Origin: Candidatus Collierbacteria bacterium RIFOXYD2_FULL_45_13
Lineage (GTDB): Bacteria; Patescibacteriota; Microgenomatia; UBA1400; MFAQ01
Reading direction: 5' to 3'
DNA length: 64,000 nucleotides
NCBI GenBank assembly: GCA_001774685.1
Contig: MFAS01000001.1
Span: forward strand, 159,557 to 223,556
Both the position numbers and the translations under genes were made by a program. Below are positions 9,660-19,576 of the stretch, in pieces (position 1 is the first letter of the stretch; every line of letters begins with the position of its first letter). Below the pieces are notes generated by a model. It was given only the letters and a program-made list of their open reading frames with translations. It searched no databases and was not told the DNA's origin.

Positions 9660-10010
9660 ATGTCTATCACAATCATCCGCCCCGCCCACGCTGTCAACGA
9701 AATTGTTAACAGAGCCCTTTCTCCCAATGTCCCTCAAGATCCCGGTGGCGGTTTGGCTTTTTATATAGCCAGTCTCTGGCAAACAGTTGTCACCGTCGGA
9801 GGAATTGCCTTTATCATCTATCTAGTCTGGGGCGGTATCGAGTATCTCACCTCCGGTGGGGACAAGGCCAAAATTGATGACGCCCAGAAAAAAATCACCA
9901 GTTCGGTTATCGGTGTCGGTATTTTAGTTGCCTCCTACGCCATTACCTATTTCATTCAAGCTGTCTTCAAGATTAATATTCTCAAACCTGTTTTTCCCAG
10001 CGCACTATGA
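9660..10010 (+). CDS. T4SS pilin-like protein, paralog
   Basis: Loop YLTSGGDKAKIDDAQKKIT between two TM helices. Confidence 0.6.
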   Translation: MSITIIRPAHAVNEIVNRALSPNVPQDPGGGLAFYIASLWQTVVTVGGIAFIIYLVWGGIEYLTSGGDKAKIDDAQKKITSSVIGVGILVASYAITYFIQAVFKINILKPVFPSAL

Positions 10011-10366
10011 TATTCCAAAAACTTTCTCAGGTATTTGCCGCCGATATCGAGCTCCCTATTGGAGAAATGGCCACCAAAAATAACTTTTTCGGCTATACCT
10101 GTATCGGACATCTCGTCAGCAATCTCGTCGCCGCCGCTTTTATCGTTGCCGGTATCGCTTTCTTTGTCTATCTCGTCATGGGAGGCATCCAGTGGCTTAC
10201 TTCCGGCGGAGACAAGGGAAAAATTGAGTCATCCCAGAAGATGATCTCTGCCGCCCTGATCGGCCTAGCCATCGTCGCTTCTAGCTATGCAGTCTATATG
10301 ATTGTTCTCACCTTCTTCGGTATCAATCTAGACGCCCTCTGTACCGACAATCCTCTCGGTAATTGA
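10007..10366 (+). CDS. T4SS pilin-like protein, paralog
   Basis: Loop WLTSGGDKGKIESSQKMIS between two TM helices. There is a 4-nt overlap with the upstream gene. Confidence 0.6.
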   Translation: MIFQKLSQVFAADIELPIGEMATKNNFFGYTCIGHLVSNLVAAAFIVAGIAFFVYLVMGGIQWLTSGGDKGKIESSQKMISAALIGLAIVASSYAVYMIVLTFFGINLDALCTDNPLGN

Positions 10367-10428
10367 CAATTAAAAAATCATATATAATAGTCAGTAATAC
10401 GCATAACAATTATTAAAAAATAAAAAAC

Positions 10429-10770
10429 ATGTCTTTAATTCCTCAAGCATTGGCAGCAGCTGGCACCATCGGAGTTCCCCAACCGACAGGTATGAAGATC
10501 ACCGATATTGGCGTCCTTATCAGCCGTGTTATTTCTCTAGCTTTCATCGTTGCCGGTATTCTCACTTTCGCTTTTCTCGTCATGGGAGGCATTGAGTGGC
10601 TTACTTCCGGAGGAGACAAGGGCAAAACCGAACAGGCCAGAAATCGTATCACCGCCGCGGTTGTCGGTCTTGCGATCGTGGCTGCTTCCTGGGCTTTAAT
10701 GAAACTAATCGCCTATTTCTTTGGCGTTGATGTCTTCGAGGGAAACATCAACATCCCCAAACCCTACTAA
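10429..10770 (+). CDS. T4SS pilin-like protein, paralog
   Basis: Loop WLTSGGDKGKTEQARNRIT between two TM helices. Confidence 0.6.
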   Translation: MSLIPQALAAAGTIGVPQPTGMKITDIGVLISRVISLAFIVAGILTFAFLVMGGIEWLTSGGDKGKTEQARNRITAAVVGLAIVAASWALMKLIAYFFGVDVFEGNINIPKPY

Positions 10771-10798
10771 GAATTTAGTATTAGAAAAAAACAAATTA

Positions 10799-10818
10799 CC
10801 GCCGTCAGGCGGTTTTTT
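10799..10818 (+). terminator. rho-independent terminator after the pilin array
   Basis: ccgcc-gtca-ggcgg followed by TTTTTT. Confidence 0.6.
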
Positions 10819-10830
10819 GTATCCTTTTTT

Positions 10831-10861
10831 AACTTGAGTTTTTGAGTTCTTGAGTTTTTTT
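10831..10861. repeat. tandem TTGAGTTYT repeat (3 units), intergenic copy
   Basis: aacTTGAGTTTTTGAGTTCTTGAGTTTTTTT. Related copies lie at 8311..8342, 33907..33925, 44524..44561 and 53105..53131. Confidence 0.5.
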
Positions 10862-10879
10862 ACGATATAATTATTCTCA

Positions 10880-11236
10880 ATGACCCTTTCTTTCATTCCC
10901 CAAGCATACGCCGCCAGCAATTGGTCTGGAGAATGCGTTGGTCAAAATGTCGCTGGTGTGGACGCCACAGATGTGGCTTCTATCCAAGGAATTACCTGTT
11001 TGCTAAGAAACGTTCTTTCCCCTATACCAGCCCTCATTGCTCTTGCCGCCGTGGGCATCATTATCATGGCCGGCATTCGTCTAACTACTGCCGGATCGGA
11101 TCCCAAAGCAGTAGCTAGTGCTTGGAACATGTTCACTTGGGCCGTCATTGGTCTTATCCTGCTCTCCGCCGTGTGGCTGGCTCTTGTCCTTATCGAAAAC
11201 TTCACTGGTGCCAAGGTTACCCAATTCGGCATTTAA
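10880..11236 (+). CDS. T4SS pilin-like protein (divergent paralog)
   Basis: Signal-like N-terminus, then TM1 - loop TTAGSDPKAVASAWN - TM2. Confidence 0.5.
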   Translation: MTLSFIPQAYAASNWSGECVGQNVAGVDATDVASIQGITCLLRNVLSPIPALIALAAVGIIIMAGIRLTTAGSDPKAVASAWNMFTWAVIGLILLSAVWLALVLIENFTGAKVTQFGI

Positions 11237-11266
11237 CCTTTTCCCTTACCAAGTATAATTATTTCA

Positions 11267-14200
11267 GTGAAGAAACTTGTCTTATTATTGTTGTGTCTTT
11301 TTGTCTTTTATCTTTTTGGTGTCGACTCCATTTCCGCCGCCACTCCCACCCCAACCCCTACAGCCAACACCAGTCATACTCCCTCTGTTGATGCCGGTGT
11401 CGACGGCCCAAATCCCGCTCCACCAATTGGCATCCCTTGTGGAAAGACTGTTTGTTTGGAAGGTGAGGTTTGTACCAAGTTTCCTGGAGATGTTGATGAG
11501 CACTGTGTCCCGGATCCCATTCCCACCAACGCTGCCGGTGAAAAATTCAACCCTGTCCTTCCACCCCAATGTCCCGCAGGCACAGGGGTCTTCCCTCCCA
11601 ACAGTGTTTGTTGGAATGAAATCATCAACACCCAAACCTCTATCAGAGAGTACGACCACACCTGTATTTACGAACCCGTTGCCGAATACTCAGACGATCG
11701 CTGGTTAAACCGAGGCCCTCAACCTTTTAACCAGTGTGGTATCGGCGACTCCGGCCCGGGTGGCCCACCGGCACCGGGTGGCGACACCTACGAATGCGCC
11801 GTCAACATGCTTGTTTATACCGATGTCCGTGACGCGGAACTGGGTGGCTATGCGCCCAGCACCCTTGCCGAAGCTAGTTACTCGGCCGACTTCTTGGCAC
11901 AGAACTATCTCTACAATTCACTATTTGGACGACCTATGAATCTTTCCAGTAGTTACGACAAAAAGAACGCTGCTCTGAACAACGGCTATCCAACTCGGGA
12001 AGCATATCGAACTTATTGGCGTTTACTTCCGGCCGCCAACCAAGCCAATCTGCGCTCTTTTGTTATGAATTCTGCCCACGATGATCAAATGGATAATTTT
12101 AGTTTTAATTACATTGATTCCAATGGCATGAAAAAGTCCACCAGTTTCAAGAAACTTTTTGATGCTCTCAGCAAACAAGTAATCCTGTTTTGGCATTTTC
12201 CCTTTATCCGTATTGGCTGTCTCACTCAATATCCCGTCTGTCCGGAATACGCTCAGGCTATTCGGGAACTAAAACCGGTCTTTCAGGATATTAGAAATCT
12301 TGTTCGTGATCTCAATCTAGGTCCACTCGCTACGATTCCTATTGATATATACGAAGGCGCTATCTCCGCTTTTGGAGGAGATTTGGATGGACCATACGCC
12401 GCTTTTGTCCCTCTAGATTTTAATAGTATGCGCGGCTACATCCTCAAGAAAAAAGATACCAAAGAAGAATCCTATTATGAGACTTATTACGACGAACTCG
12501 TCGACGAGTACAATTCCGGCCGTTATGGCAGAAACAAACCTCTTTTAACCAATATTTCTTATGAACACCTTCCCTATCTTAGTGCCATCTACCAAGGACT
12601 TCTCTCCCCCAAGTTCGGTATGATCCCTGCTCTTCAACCCCAAGCAATCATCGATAAATGGGCTACAGAAAGTGGCATCTCGGATTATCGTGCCGGCAAC
12701 ACCCCTCTCACCATGCCGGAAGTCAGAATCGCTCAAAAGAACTTTCTTCAACGAATAGTCGACGAAGCAGTCGCAATCATTTCTGACCCACTTGGCTGGA
12801 TTGCCACCAACATTCTGGGGATTGGTACTCCGGAAGATTACAAAAAAGTTGGCTATACCGAGAACGGAACCGATAACCCCAGAGACAGGATCAGATCTGT
12901 CTACGACAATCCGAGGGGTTGCCCCTTACCCACTAGTTATCACCTCCTAGCCCCTAAAACAGTACCCATCTCCTTAGACGATCATCACCAGGTCATCACT
13001 ATTGAAGGCAAACGAGTCCAATGGGCCTACGACCCCATCTGTCAGCCACTCGAGCAACAAAAATGTGATAAAAATGGGCAGAACTGCACGACCGAATATA
13101 TCGACTGCCCCGTCAGCCCTGAAACTTATATTGAGGGTGGTATGTGCTGTACCAGACATTGGCAGGTCTCCGGTCGGGAACATGGCAAAGCACTTGATGT
13201 CTTAAACAATCCCAAACAAACCGATATTCGAGAAGTGGTCGCTGCTAATAATAGTTATTCCTTCTACAAAACAATGCTCCCGGCAGGGGCGTCCAAAATT
13301 ACCGACGCTGCTATCGACGCTTATGAAGCTTTTCACTTTGTCTCTTATAGCGACAGGGGGGGGACAGTAGAAGCCATCGGCCCAAACGACGGTGGTAGTT
13401 CATCAAAAGTATTAAACCCCGCCGAACCGGTCAACCGCATTGACAACTTCTCTCAAGATACCATACACATGTTACAAAACTGCTGGACCGTTCCCGAGAC
13501 TCTTCAAAACTCTCCTCGCTGCAAAATCGAGTTCCCTCCAGAGGCTACATCATCCAGCTCTCTTTGTGGCGGAGAAGCTTTCAAAAAAATTGACCCGAAT
13601 CCCGCCGCCCCCAGTGCCAAGGCCACTGACTTCTTTGTCTCCACCATTGAACCCACTCTCTCTGATGAAGTAATTTCGGCTTATGCCGAAGCCGAAAAAC
13701 AAACTGGCGTTCCTTGTGAAGTCCTAGCCGGTATTCACTTCGAAGAAGGTGATAATGATCCTAAAAAGGATCTCCAAAGTGGTGCCCCTTTAAACGGTCG
13801 GTCTTTAACCGAGTCTGCCGTCCAAGCCGCAGAAGAGCTCAAAGGCAAGGCCGGTGGCGATATTACATCCATGGACCAGCTCGCCATGGCCCTCTCCTAC
13901 TACAACGGTGGTGGTAATGCGAACTGTCAAGCCAGTAGTAGTTACAACTGCCCTTCCGCCACTTCTGACCAGTGTGGAATGACGGCTGCCTGTAGTACTA
14001 ATACTAGTGCTTGCACCTGCACCGGTACCGCCGAGGCCGGAAGCTGTCGCGCAGCATGTACTGCCGGCTTCCCCTATCAATTCAGTTATCCTTACTGTCC
14101 GCCCTCGAACATCGGCTACGACGACCCTTATGTCGTTAACTGGTGGCAGTCTCCTCAGCACGACGAAATGTACCTTCTTTATATGTACGACTGCACTCAG

Positions 14201-14275
14201 ACCAGACCTCAGATACATACCAGACCTGGTTCTCTTACTGTCGCCATCAATTTATTTCTTTCGGAAACAAAATAA
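11267..14275 (+). CDS. large secreted Cys-rich protein (1002 aa), unknown function
   Basis: - GTG start 7 nt after a TATAAT hexamer.
- Signal peptide MKKLVLLLLCLFVFYLFGVDSISAA followed by a TPTPTPT linker.
- Many Cys residues throughout.
- The C-terminal region (GVPCEVLAGIHFEEGDND...LSYYNGGG) might be glycoside-hydrolase-like, but that is speculative. Confidence 0.6.
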   Translation: MKKLVLLLLCLFVFYLFGVDSISAATPTPTPTANTSHTPSVDAGVDGPNPAPPIGIPCGKTVCLEGEVCTKFPGDVDEHCVPDPIPTNAAGEKFNPVLPPQCPAGTGVFPPNSVCWNEIINTQTSIREYDHTCIYEPVAEYSDDRWLNRGPQPFNQCGIGDSGPGGPPAPGGDTYECAVNMLVYTDVRDAELGGYAPSTLAEASYSADFLAQNYLYNSLFGRPMNLSSSYDKKNAALNNGYPTREAYRTYWRLLPAANQANLRSFVMNSAHDDQMDNFSFNYIDSNGMKKSTSFKKLFDALSKQVILFWHFPFIRIGCLTQYPVCPEYAQAIRELKPVFQDIRNLVRDLNLGPLATIPIDIYEGAISAFGGDLDGPYAAFVPLDFNSMRGYILKKKDTKEESYYETYYDELVDEYNSGRYGRNKPLLTNISYEHLPYLSAIYQGLLSPKFGMIPALQPQAIIDKWATESGISDYRAGNTPLTMPEVRIAQKNFLQRIVDEAVAIISDPLGWIATNILGIGTPEDYKKVGYTENGTDNPRDRIRSVYDNPRGCPLPTSYHLLAPKTVPISLDDHHQVITIEGKRVQWAYDPICQPLEQQKCDKNGQNCTTEYIDCPVSPETYIEGGMCCTRHWQVSGREHGKALDVLNNPKQTDIREVVAANNSYSFYKTMLPAGASKITDAAIDAYEAFHFVSYSDRGGTVEAIGPNDGGSSSKVLNPAEPVNRIDNFSQDTIHMLQNCWTVPETLQNSPRCKIEFPPEATSSSSLCGGEAFKKIDPNPAAPSAKATDFFVSTIEPTLSDEVISAYAEAEKQTGVPCEVLAGIHFEEGDNDPKKDLQSGAPLNGRSLTESAVQAAEELKGKAGGDITSMDQLAMALSYYNGGGNANCQASSSYNCPSATSDQCGMTAACSTNTSACTCTGTAEAGSCRAACTAGFPYQFSYPYCPPSNIGYDDPYVVNWWQSPQHDEMYLLYMYDCTQTRPQIHTRPGSLTVAINLFLSETK

Positions 14276-14280
14276 ATTAT

Positions 14281-14850
14281 ATGAATAAGAAAATCCTCAT
14301 CCCCATTATCAGCGTTATCATTCTCTTTTTTGTTTTTTTACTGATCTCCATTCTTCGCTATCGCTCGGAGAGACCAAGCTTTTTGGAAACCATTCCTCTC
14401 TTCTCCCAACCTACTCCAAAAGTGACCAGAACTATAGTCCCGACCATTACCACTATACCCGGCGTACCCAACCAAACAAATCTTGAATCTATAGCCAAAG
14501 CAAAAGACAGTACCAAATCACTCGTCGAAAAAAACAAGATTTTTGACGCTCTGCCTATTAGGGAAGAAGACTTCTCCACGTCGGCAAATATCAAAACAAC
14601 CATCAATATATACAACTTACTTTATGATCCTGAGTCTGCCCTTCGAGTCGAAATCTATGGCATCAATTACAACAATCAGGATATTAACAGTAAAGACGCC
14701 CTCGCTTTTAAAGAGTCTTTCCTCAAGGCTAAACAATTTTTTAGCAAATACCAGGTAAACCTTAATAGTCTGCAAATTATTTACGGTAATCGTCAATATA
14801 TTCAAGACACGGCCACCTACTGGGTTAAAACCTTCAAACTCCTCGATTAA
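14281..14850 (+). CDS. membrane-anchored hypothetical protein (190 aa)
   Basis: N-terminal TM anchor (ILIPIISVIILFFVFLLISIL) with an extracytoplasmic domain. A VirB8-like role is only a guess from position. Confidence 0.5.
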   Translation: MNKKILIPIISVIILFFVFLLISILRYRSERPSFLETIPLFSQPTPKVTRTIVPTITTIPGVPNQTNLESIAKAKDSTKSLVEKNKIFDALPIREEDFSTSANIKTTINIYNLLYDPESALRVEIYGINYNNQDINSKDALAFKESFLKAKQFFSKYQVNLNSLQIIYGNRQYIQDTATYWVKTFKLLD

Positions 14851-14886
14851 TTACCCATGAGTGTTCATTTTCCTGTATAATTTTTC

Positions 14887-16674
14887 TTGACTATGCGATC
14901 GCTTCAAAAACATCTCAGCCTTATTTTTCTATTTCTTTTCACACTGACTTCAATTGTATTTGTACCTCAAGTCCGAGCCGCCACTTCTCCCACTACGAAC
15001 ACGTTTGGGGTACCCGGAGTCAAAACTCTTCAAGATTATGTCAAGGAGTTCTGTGATAAACGCTCCGGTGACTTGATGAACCTAGAAACCTGGTACTCCG
15101 GTAAATGTGGCCCGACAGTAGACACCCTTAGTGGTGACGGCGTGGGGTTTGTCGATATCGTTATCCTCCAAGGTATGGAGTGGGTCAATGCCCTAACCTT
15201 TAACTCACCAGGAGACAGTTATATTGATAGTGTCAAACGCCAGCTAGAATTCCTCCAAGCTATCAAGGACGCCCTTACTGCTTCCACCAACCAAACAAAT
15301 CTCAATGATATTGCCTTTATGTCCATTAAGGGAAGCGGCTTATTGGATTCTGCGGGCAGGGCAGTCGCGGGACTTGCCACCACCAGACCGGCTAGTTCTA
15401 TCGACTACGTTGCCTACGTATCCTCAAATCTTAGAAAACACAAAGTAATCGGTGATACCTATGCGGCCGGTCCGGGTTATGGCTTTACCGCTCTCGCCCC
15501 CATCCTTCCTCTCTGGCGTGCTTTCAGAAACATTGCCTACCTCTTGTTTGCACTCGGCTTCGTCCTCTACGGCATTATGATTATGTTCCGGGTCAAGATC
15601 GATTCAAAAACGGCCGCCACCATCCAGCTCGCCATACCCAAACTTATAGCCACTCTTCTGATGATCACTTTTTCTTACGCTATAGTTGGTTTCTTGGTCG
15701 ATATCTCCACCATCGCCGATGCCATGGCTATTAGTATTCTCCGAGCAGGCGGAATTCTCAACTCCAGCGGTTTTGGATCAAGTATCGGCAGCGGCCTTGT
15801 CGACGTCGTCAGTGGACAAACTATTTTCGGTGCCATTGGTTCTTTCCTAATCAACACCGTTACTGCCGTGATTATTTCCCCTTTCCTTTTTTTCAACCTC
15901 CTTCTTGGAGGTCTAGCAGGTATCATCGTCGCTGTATTCGTTTCCGGCTTAAGTATGATTACCGGACTGGGAATAATTGTCAGTATTATCATCATCATTG
16001 CCATTGCCATTTCTTATTTCAAGCTAATACTCAAACTTTTCCAAGCCTTCTTTGGTGTCATCATCAATCTTATTTTTGCCCCAATCATTCTATTGGGAAA
16101 TTTACTTCCGGGTTCCACTTCTTTCGGCGACTGGCTCAGAAGTATTTATGGCAATCTGGCCGTCTTTCCCGTCGCCATCTTTTTTCTTACTATGTCTTAT
16201 GCCCTAATGTGCCAACCACTCCTCTCTCTTGCAGGATCAGGTGGGCTACTCAGCGGTGTCATTACTGCCGGCCTAGAAAACCTGATTGGTGTCAACCAAC
16301 TCTCTACTCTTAGCAACATCTGGACACCACCCCTGACAATACCGGGAGGTCAATTCACCTCAGGTGGGGCAACTACTGGCACTGCCACAGGCAGTGTCGG
16401 CAGTCTCATGTTAGGAACTATCGGTTTTGGTCTTCTCCTTATGTCCAGTAAGTACTGTGAGATGGTCGAAAAGGCCCTCAAGACGCCTCCATTCCCCTAC
16501 GGCGCCGCCATCGGCGAAGCCCTCAAGACCGGAGTCAACCTGCAAGACAAGTGGGCTCAGAGCGGTTATAAACTACCTGCCGCAAAATACACTGCCCCAA
16601 TAAGCAGTTATCTACGAACAACCCCAGGACTCGAAGTTAAACCGACGGTCGACGCTCTCACAAAAGACGTTTAG
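14887..16674 (+). CDS. polytopic membrane protein, VirB6/TrbL-like candidate
   Basis: Signal peptide, then a soluble domain of about 190 aa, then at least 8 hydrophobic helices and a Gly/Thr-rich C-terminus. This architecture is typical of VirB6/TrbL/PrgH-like channel proteins. Assigned from topology and context. Confidence 0.45.
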   Translation: MTMRSLQKHLSLIFLFLFTLTSIVFVPQVRAATSPTTNTFGVPGVKTLQDYVKEFCDKRSGDLMNLETWYSGKCGPTVDTLSGDGVGFVDIVILQGMEWVNALTFNSPGDSYIDSVKRQLEFLQAIKDALTASTNQTNLNDIAFMSIKGSGLLDSAGRAVAGLATTRPASSIDYVAYVSSNLRKHKVIGDTYAAGPGYGFTALAPILPLWRAFRNIAYLLFALGFVLYGIMIMFRVKIDSKTAATIQLAIPKLIATLLMITFSYAIVGFLVDISTIADAMAISILRAGGILNSSGFGSSIGSGLVDVVSGQTIFGAIGSFLINTVTAVIISPFLFFNLLLGGLAGIIVAVFVSGLSMITGLGIIVSIIIIIAIAISYFKLILKLFQAFFGVIINLIFAPIILLGNLLPGSTSFGDWLRSIYGNLAVFPVAIFFLTMSYALMCQPLLSLAGSGGLLSGVITAGLENLIGVNQLSTLSNIWTPPLTIPGGQFTSGGATTGTATGSVGSLMLGTIGFGLLLMSSKYCEMVEKALKTPPFPYGAAIGEALKTGVNLQDKWAQSGYKLPAAKYTAPISSYLRTTPGLEVKPTVDALTKDV

Positions 16675-16717
16675 ATAGAATACCGCCACCTTCCTGTTTT
16701 GTTCCTAAAAAACTATT

Positions 16718-19537
16718 TTATAGAATTAGGTCTTTTTTCGCTCTATTCCAATAAGTCTCTGGAAACACCATCTTATTATCAAGTTTTTCAGCTCTTATCG
16801 ACTTCCTGGCCAGTTCAACAATTGCTGCCGTAGCGTGTACACCACTACCCCACCATGCCGGATAATCCTTCGGTTTAAAGTCATTAGCCAATGCGACGAT
16901 CACGCTAAAACAGTTCTTCCAAAGATGGTCCACATAATTCACATATTCCCTTTTGTTCGCTAGAAGAGGTTCTGATTTTTCCGTTGACTTCCCATCCCAC
17001 AAATAAGCTTTTACTTCAGGGGTCTGCACGTCGGTCGCTAATACCTGTTCGGCTTTTTCTGCTAGCTTCTTCATATCCCAGGGCTGTTGATTTTTGAAGT
17101 CAGCAACCGAATGTGCATGTAAGAAAGATTCGCAAGCGGTCAACATTGTCATTGAGACCCATTCATCTACACTTTGCCACTGACCATTAAAGGAAAATTC
17201 TGGCGGAATCATATCCTTCTCATTTACGATTCCAGCTGCCTTCATCGAGGTCTTCCAATGCACAATACATTTTGTTTTTAAGGCTCCCAATTTATCTATA
17301 TCCGATTCTGGCTTCAGGGCTTCTTTCAAGGCTACCAAAAGATCCAAAGCTGTCTTCATTTCCTCTATTCTTGACTCCGTGTCTGTTGCAATTTGAACCT
17401 TCCCTGATTCAGTCACAGCTTGTATCAAACTCTTCCATTCTTTGTCTTTTTGCTTTTCAAGTAATTTTTGGGCCTCTGATTTAACAGAATCTTCTGCAAC
17501 CCTACCTTTAGCCCCCATCACCACTCTGGCTTTCTTTCTTTCATATACCGCGATAACTTCAGCCTTTGTCCATTTCACAACCACACCGTCGACTTCAAAA
17601 CCATGGTTTGCAATCCTTATCCATTCATCTCCATTAGTTTCAAAGGTTACGTCGATTGCTCTCTGAGCCCCAGTATACAAGTTTTCCTGTACTCTCCACT
17701 TGAGCCATTCTCCAGCTTCGAGAGCTCTATCCCCACCATTCGATAGACCGGTTGGCACCAAATGGCTTGGGAAATGTTTTGACAACCAAACTTCAATTTC
17801 ATCTTGACTCGGTTTTCTACCATAGTTTGCCATTTGAAACTGAACAAAAGCTTGTGCTGTTTTTTCCCTATCGACAGCGACATCTCTCGATTTACGTCTC
17901 TTTGTGTCACCATGAACCATCAATAGGAACGGGTCTAAACTTGTCCCCTTTGTGTCGGTGGCCATTAGACTAGACATCAACATGGCAAAAGCAACTTCTC
18001 CAACATACCTATTCAAACCCAATTTCTTATATAACTCGGCTTTCTTTTCCGCCGCCACAGCCACATATCCGTCCCAATAGTCATTATTATCAAAAAAATT
18101 CTTGAGTTTAAGCATTGCCTTGCTTATCTCTATCTGTATATTCTTTGGACCAGCTTCCCCGGGAAGCATCATCATGTTATCACCCAACCGGTTTCCATCT
18201 TTGTCATATTTACCTTCAAATGCCAGTTCCGTGTACTTTGGAACAAACAGAGAGGAGTTTAGTCTGGCAGAGGTAATGTCCTCAAGACCTTTTAGCTTAT
18301 CCCATTCAGAAACAACGTTCTTAATGCTAATAAAGTTGTCTAGACTCATTTCTTCAACAATCCTTTGTACTTCCTCATTTAATAAAGGCACCTGCTCCAT
18401 CGGAATACCCATTTTTGTAGCCAATAACCCCTGCGGACCAAAAAATGAGCCACTAATGGATCTTTCGTTCGTCATTCCCAAGTCAAAGATACTATCCAAA
18501 CAATATTGCCTGATCGCATCCGCCTGAGATGGTGTTAACTTCAATTCAAAATCAATTACTTCCTGAACTCTGGCAACATCATCTGGAGATACACCCGGTT
18601 TCCCTCCAAAATCTCTCATCCACCGCAAAGCGGCTTCCTTTTGCTGTTTAATATTACCCATAAAAAAGGCCGGATTGATTACTTGTTCCAAACGTTCACT
18701 GGCGCCTTGCAAATTAGTTTGTGTCTGTAATGCCAATTCTGGTGACTCAAGCTTTTCTTCTACCAATTTAAGTATTCCAGCAGGAGCAAGACCTTTCACC
18801 ATTTCTCTCCGTAAATTCTCAAGGGCTTGTCTTTTGCTACCCAACGAATACCCATCGATAATGACCAAAGTGTCGTCTAATTTTTTTTGCCATTTGTTCA
18901 CAGGAGCGGCTTCATCGACGGGAATTGTTGGTTCAGACTCTATATCTCCGCCTGCTGACAGTACTACATCCACCCCTAAAGGAACATCAAGTCTAAGCGT
19001 TTTCTCCATAAAATCTTTTTGTTCTGCGGAAATTGCACCGTCCTTCAAAGACTCAGCCAAATCTCTTATTTTTTCTTTTCTTTCAGCAATTCTCTTTCTG
19101 CCATCTTGAGTTGCAAAACTTAAATCTCTGTTCAGGATAAAATCTAAATCTGCTCCATCCTCTCTTAGTCTTCTGATTGCGCCTAATCTTTCTCGTACTT
19201 TGTCCTGTTTCTCCGCAGCAGTTTTCCCCAAAGTGGCAAGTCGTAGATCCTCTGCAATCTCAGCTGCTTCCCGAATACCTTCTCCAACTTCCACAGCTCG
19301 CACTGGAGTACCCACCGGCTCCGGCAAAACTACAGTTCCCTTCAAAATAGAGGCCATTTCTGCCTGAGTACCCGGATCAGTCAGACTCTCTGCAATTTCC
19401 ATCACATCTGCATTAGTATCGTCTTCTTTCCAAGATATTCTCATTTCTCCAAGATTCTTTTGTGCCAAAGGATCGCCGGCTCTAGCCTGTTCGATCAACT
19501 TTGCCTGCATCGCCACCATTTTTTCGCTATGTTCCAT
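16718..19537 (-). CDS. large uncharacterised protein (939 aa), cytoplasmic, highly charged
   Basis: Uninterrupted 2.8 kb ORF with no signal peptide, TM helix or recognisable motif. In an operon with the 658-aa ORF (39-nt spacing). Confidence 0.6.
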   Translation of the reverse strand: MEHSEKMVAMQAKLIEQARAGDPLAQKNLGEMRISWKEDDTNADVMEIAESLTDPGTQAEMASILKGTVVLPEPVGTPVRAVEVGEGIREAAEIAEDLRLATLGKTAAEKQDKVRERLGAIRRLREDGADLDFILNRDLSFATQDGRKRIAERKEKIRDLAESLKDGAISAEQKDFMEKTLRLDVPLGVDVVLSAGGDIESEPTIPVDEAAPVNKWQKKLDDTLVIIDGYSLGSKRQALENLRREMVKGLAPAGILKLVEEKLESPELALQTQTNLQGASERLEQVINPAFFMGNIKQQKEAALRWMRDFGGKPGVSPDDVARVQEVIDFELKLTPSQADAIRQYCLDSIFDLGMTNERSISGSFFGPQGLLATKMGIPMEQVPLLNEEVQRIVEEMSLDNFISIKNVVSEWDKLKGLEDITSARLNSSLFVPKYTELAFEGKYDKDGNRLGDNMMMLPGEAGPKNIQIEISKAMLKLKNFFDNNDYWDGYVAVAAEKKAELYKKLGLNRYVGEVAFAMLMSSLMATDTKGTSLDPFLLMVHGDTKRRKSRDVAVDREKTAQAFVQFQMANYGRKPSQDEIEVWLSKHFPSHLVPTGLSNGGDRALEAGEWLKWRVQENLYTGAQRAIDVTFETNGDEWIRIANHGFEVDGVVVKWTKAEVIAVYERKKARVVMGAKGRVAEDSVKSEAQKLLEKQKDKEWKSLIQAVTESGKVQIATDTESRIEEMKTALDLLVALKEALKPESDIDKLGALKTKCIVHWKTSMKAAGIVNEKDMIPPEFSFNGQWQSVDEWVSMTMLTACESFLHAHSVADFKNQQPWDMKKLAEKAEQVLATDVQTPEVKAYLWDGKSTEKSEPLLANKREYVNYVDHLWKNCFSVIVALANDFKPKDYPAWWGSGVHATAAIVELARKSIRAEKLDNKMVFPETYWNRAKKDLIL

Positions 19538-19576
19538 TATTTTTGAAAAATATATCTAATCTCAGCCTCAATTATA

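Noticed and set aside
11277-14218. Several 60-140 aa ORFs in alternative frames or antisense within the 1002-aa gene (e.g. 11277..11708, 11285..11659, 13805..14218)
   Set aside because: They are fully nested in a long ORF that has a coherent signal peptide and domain organisation. They are low-complexity Pro/Thr/Gly-rich translations of the same Thr/Pro-rich coding DNA.
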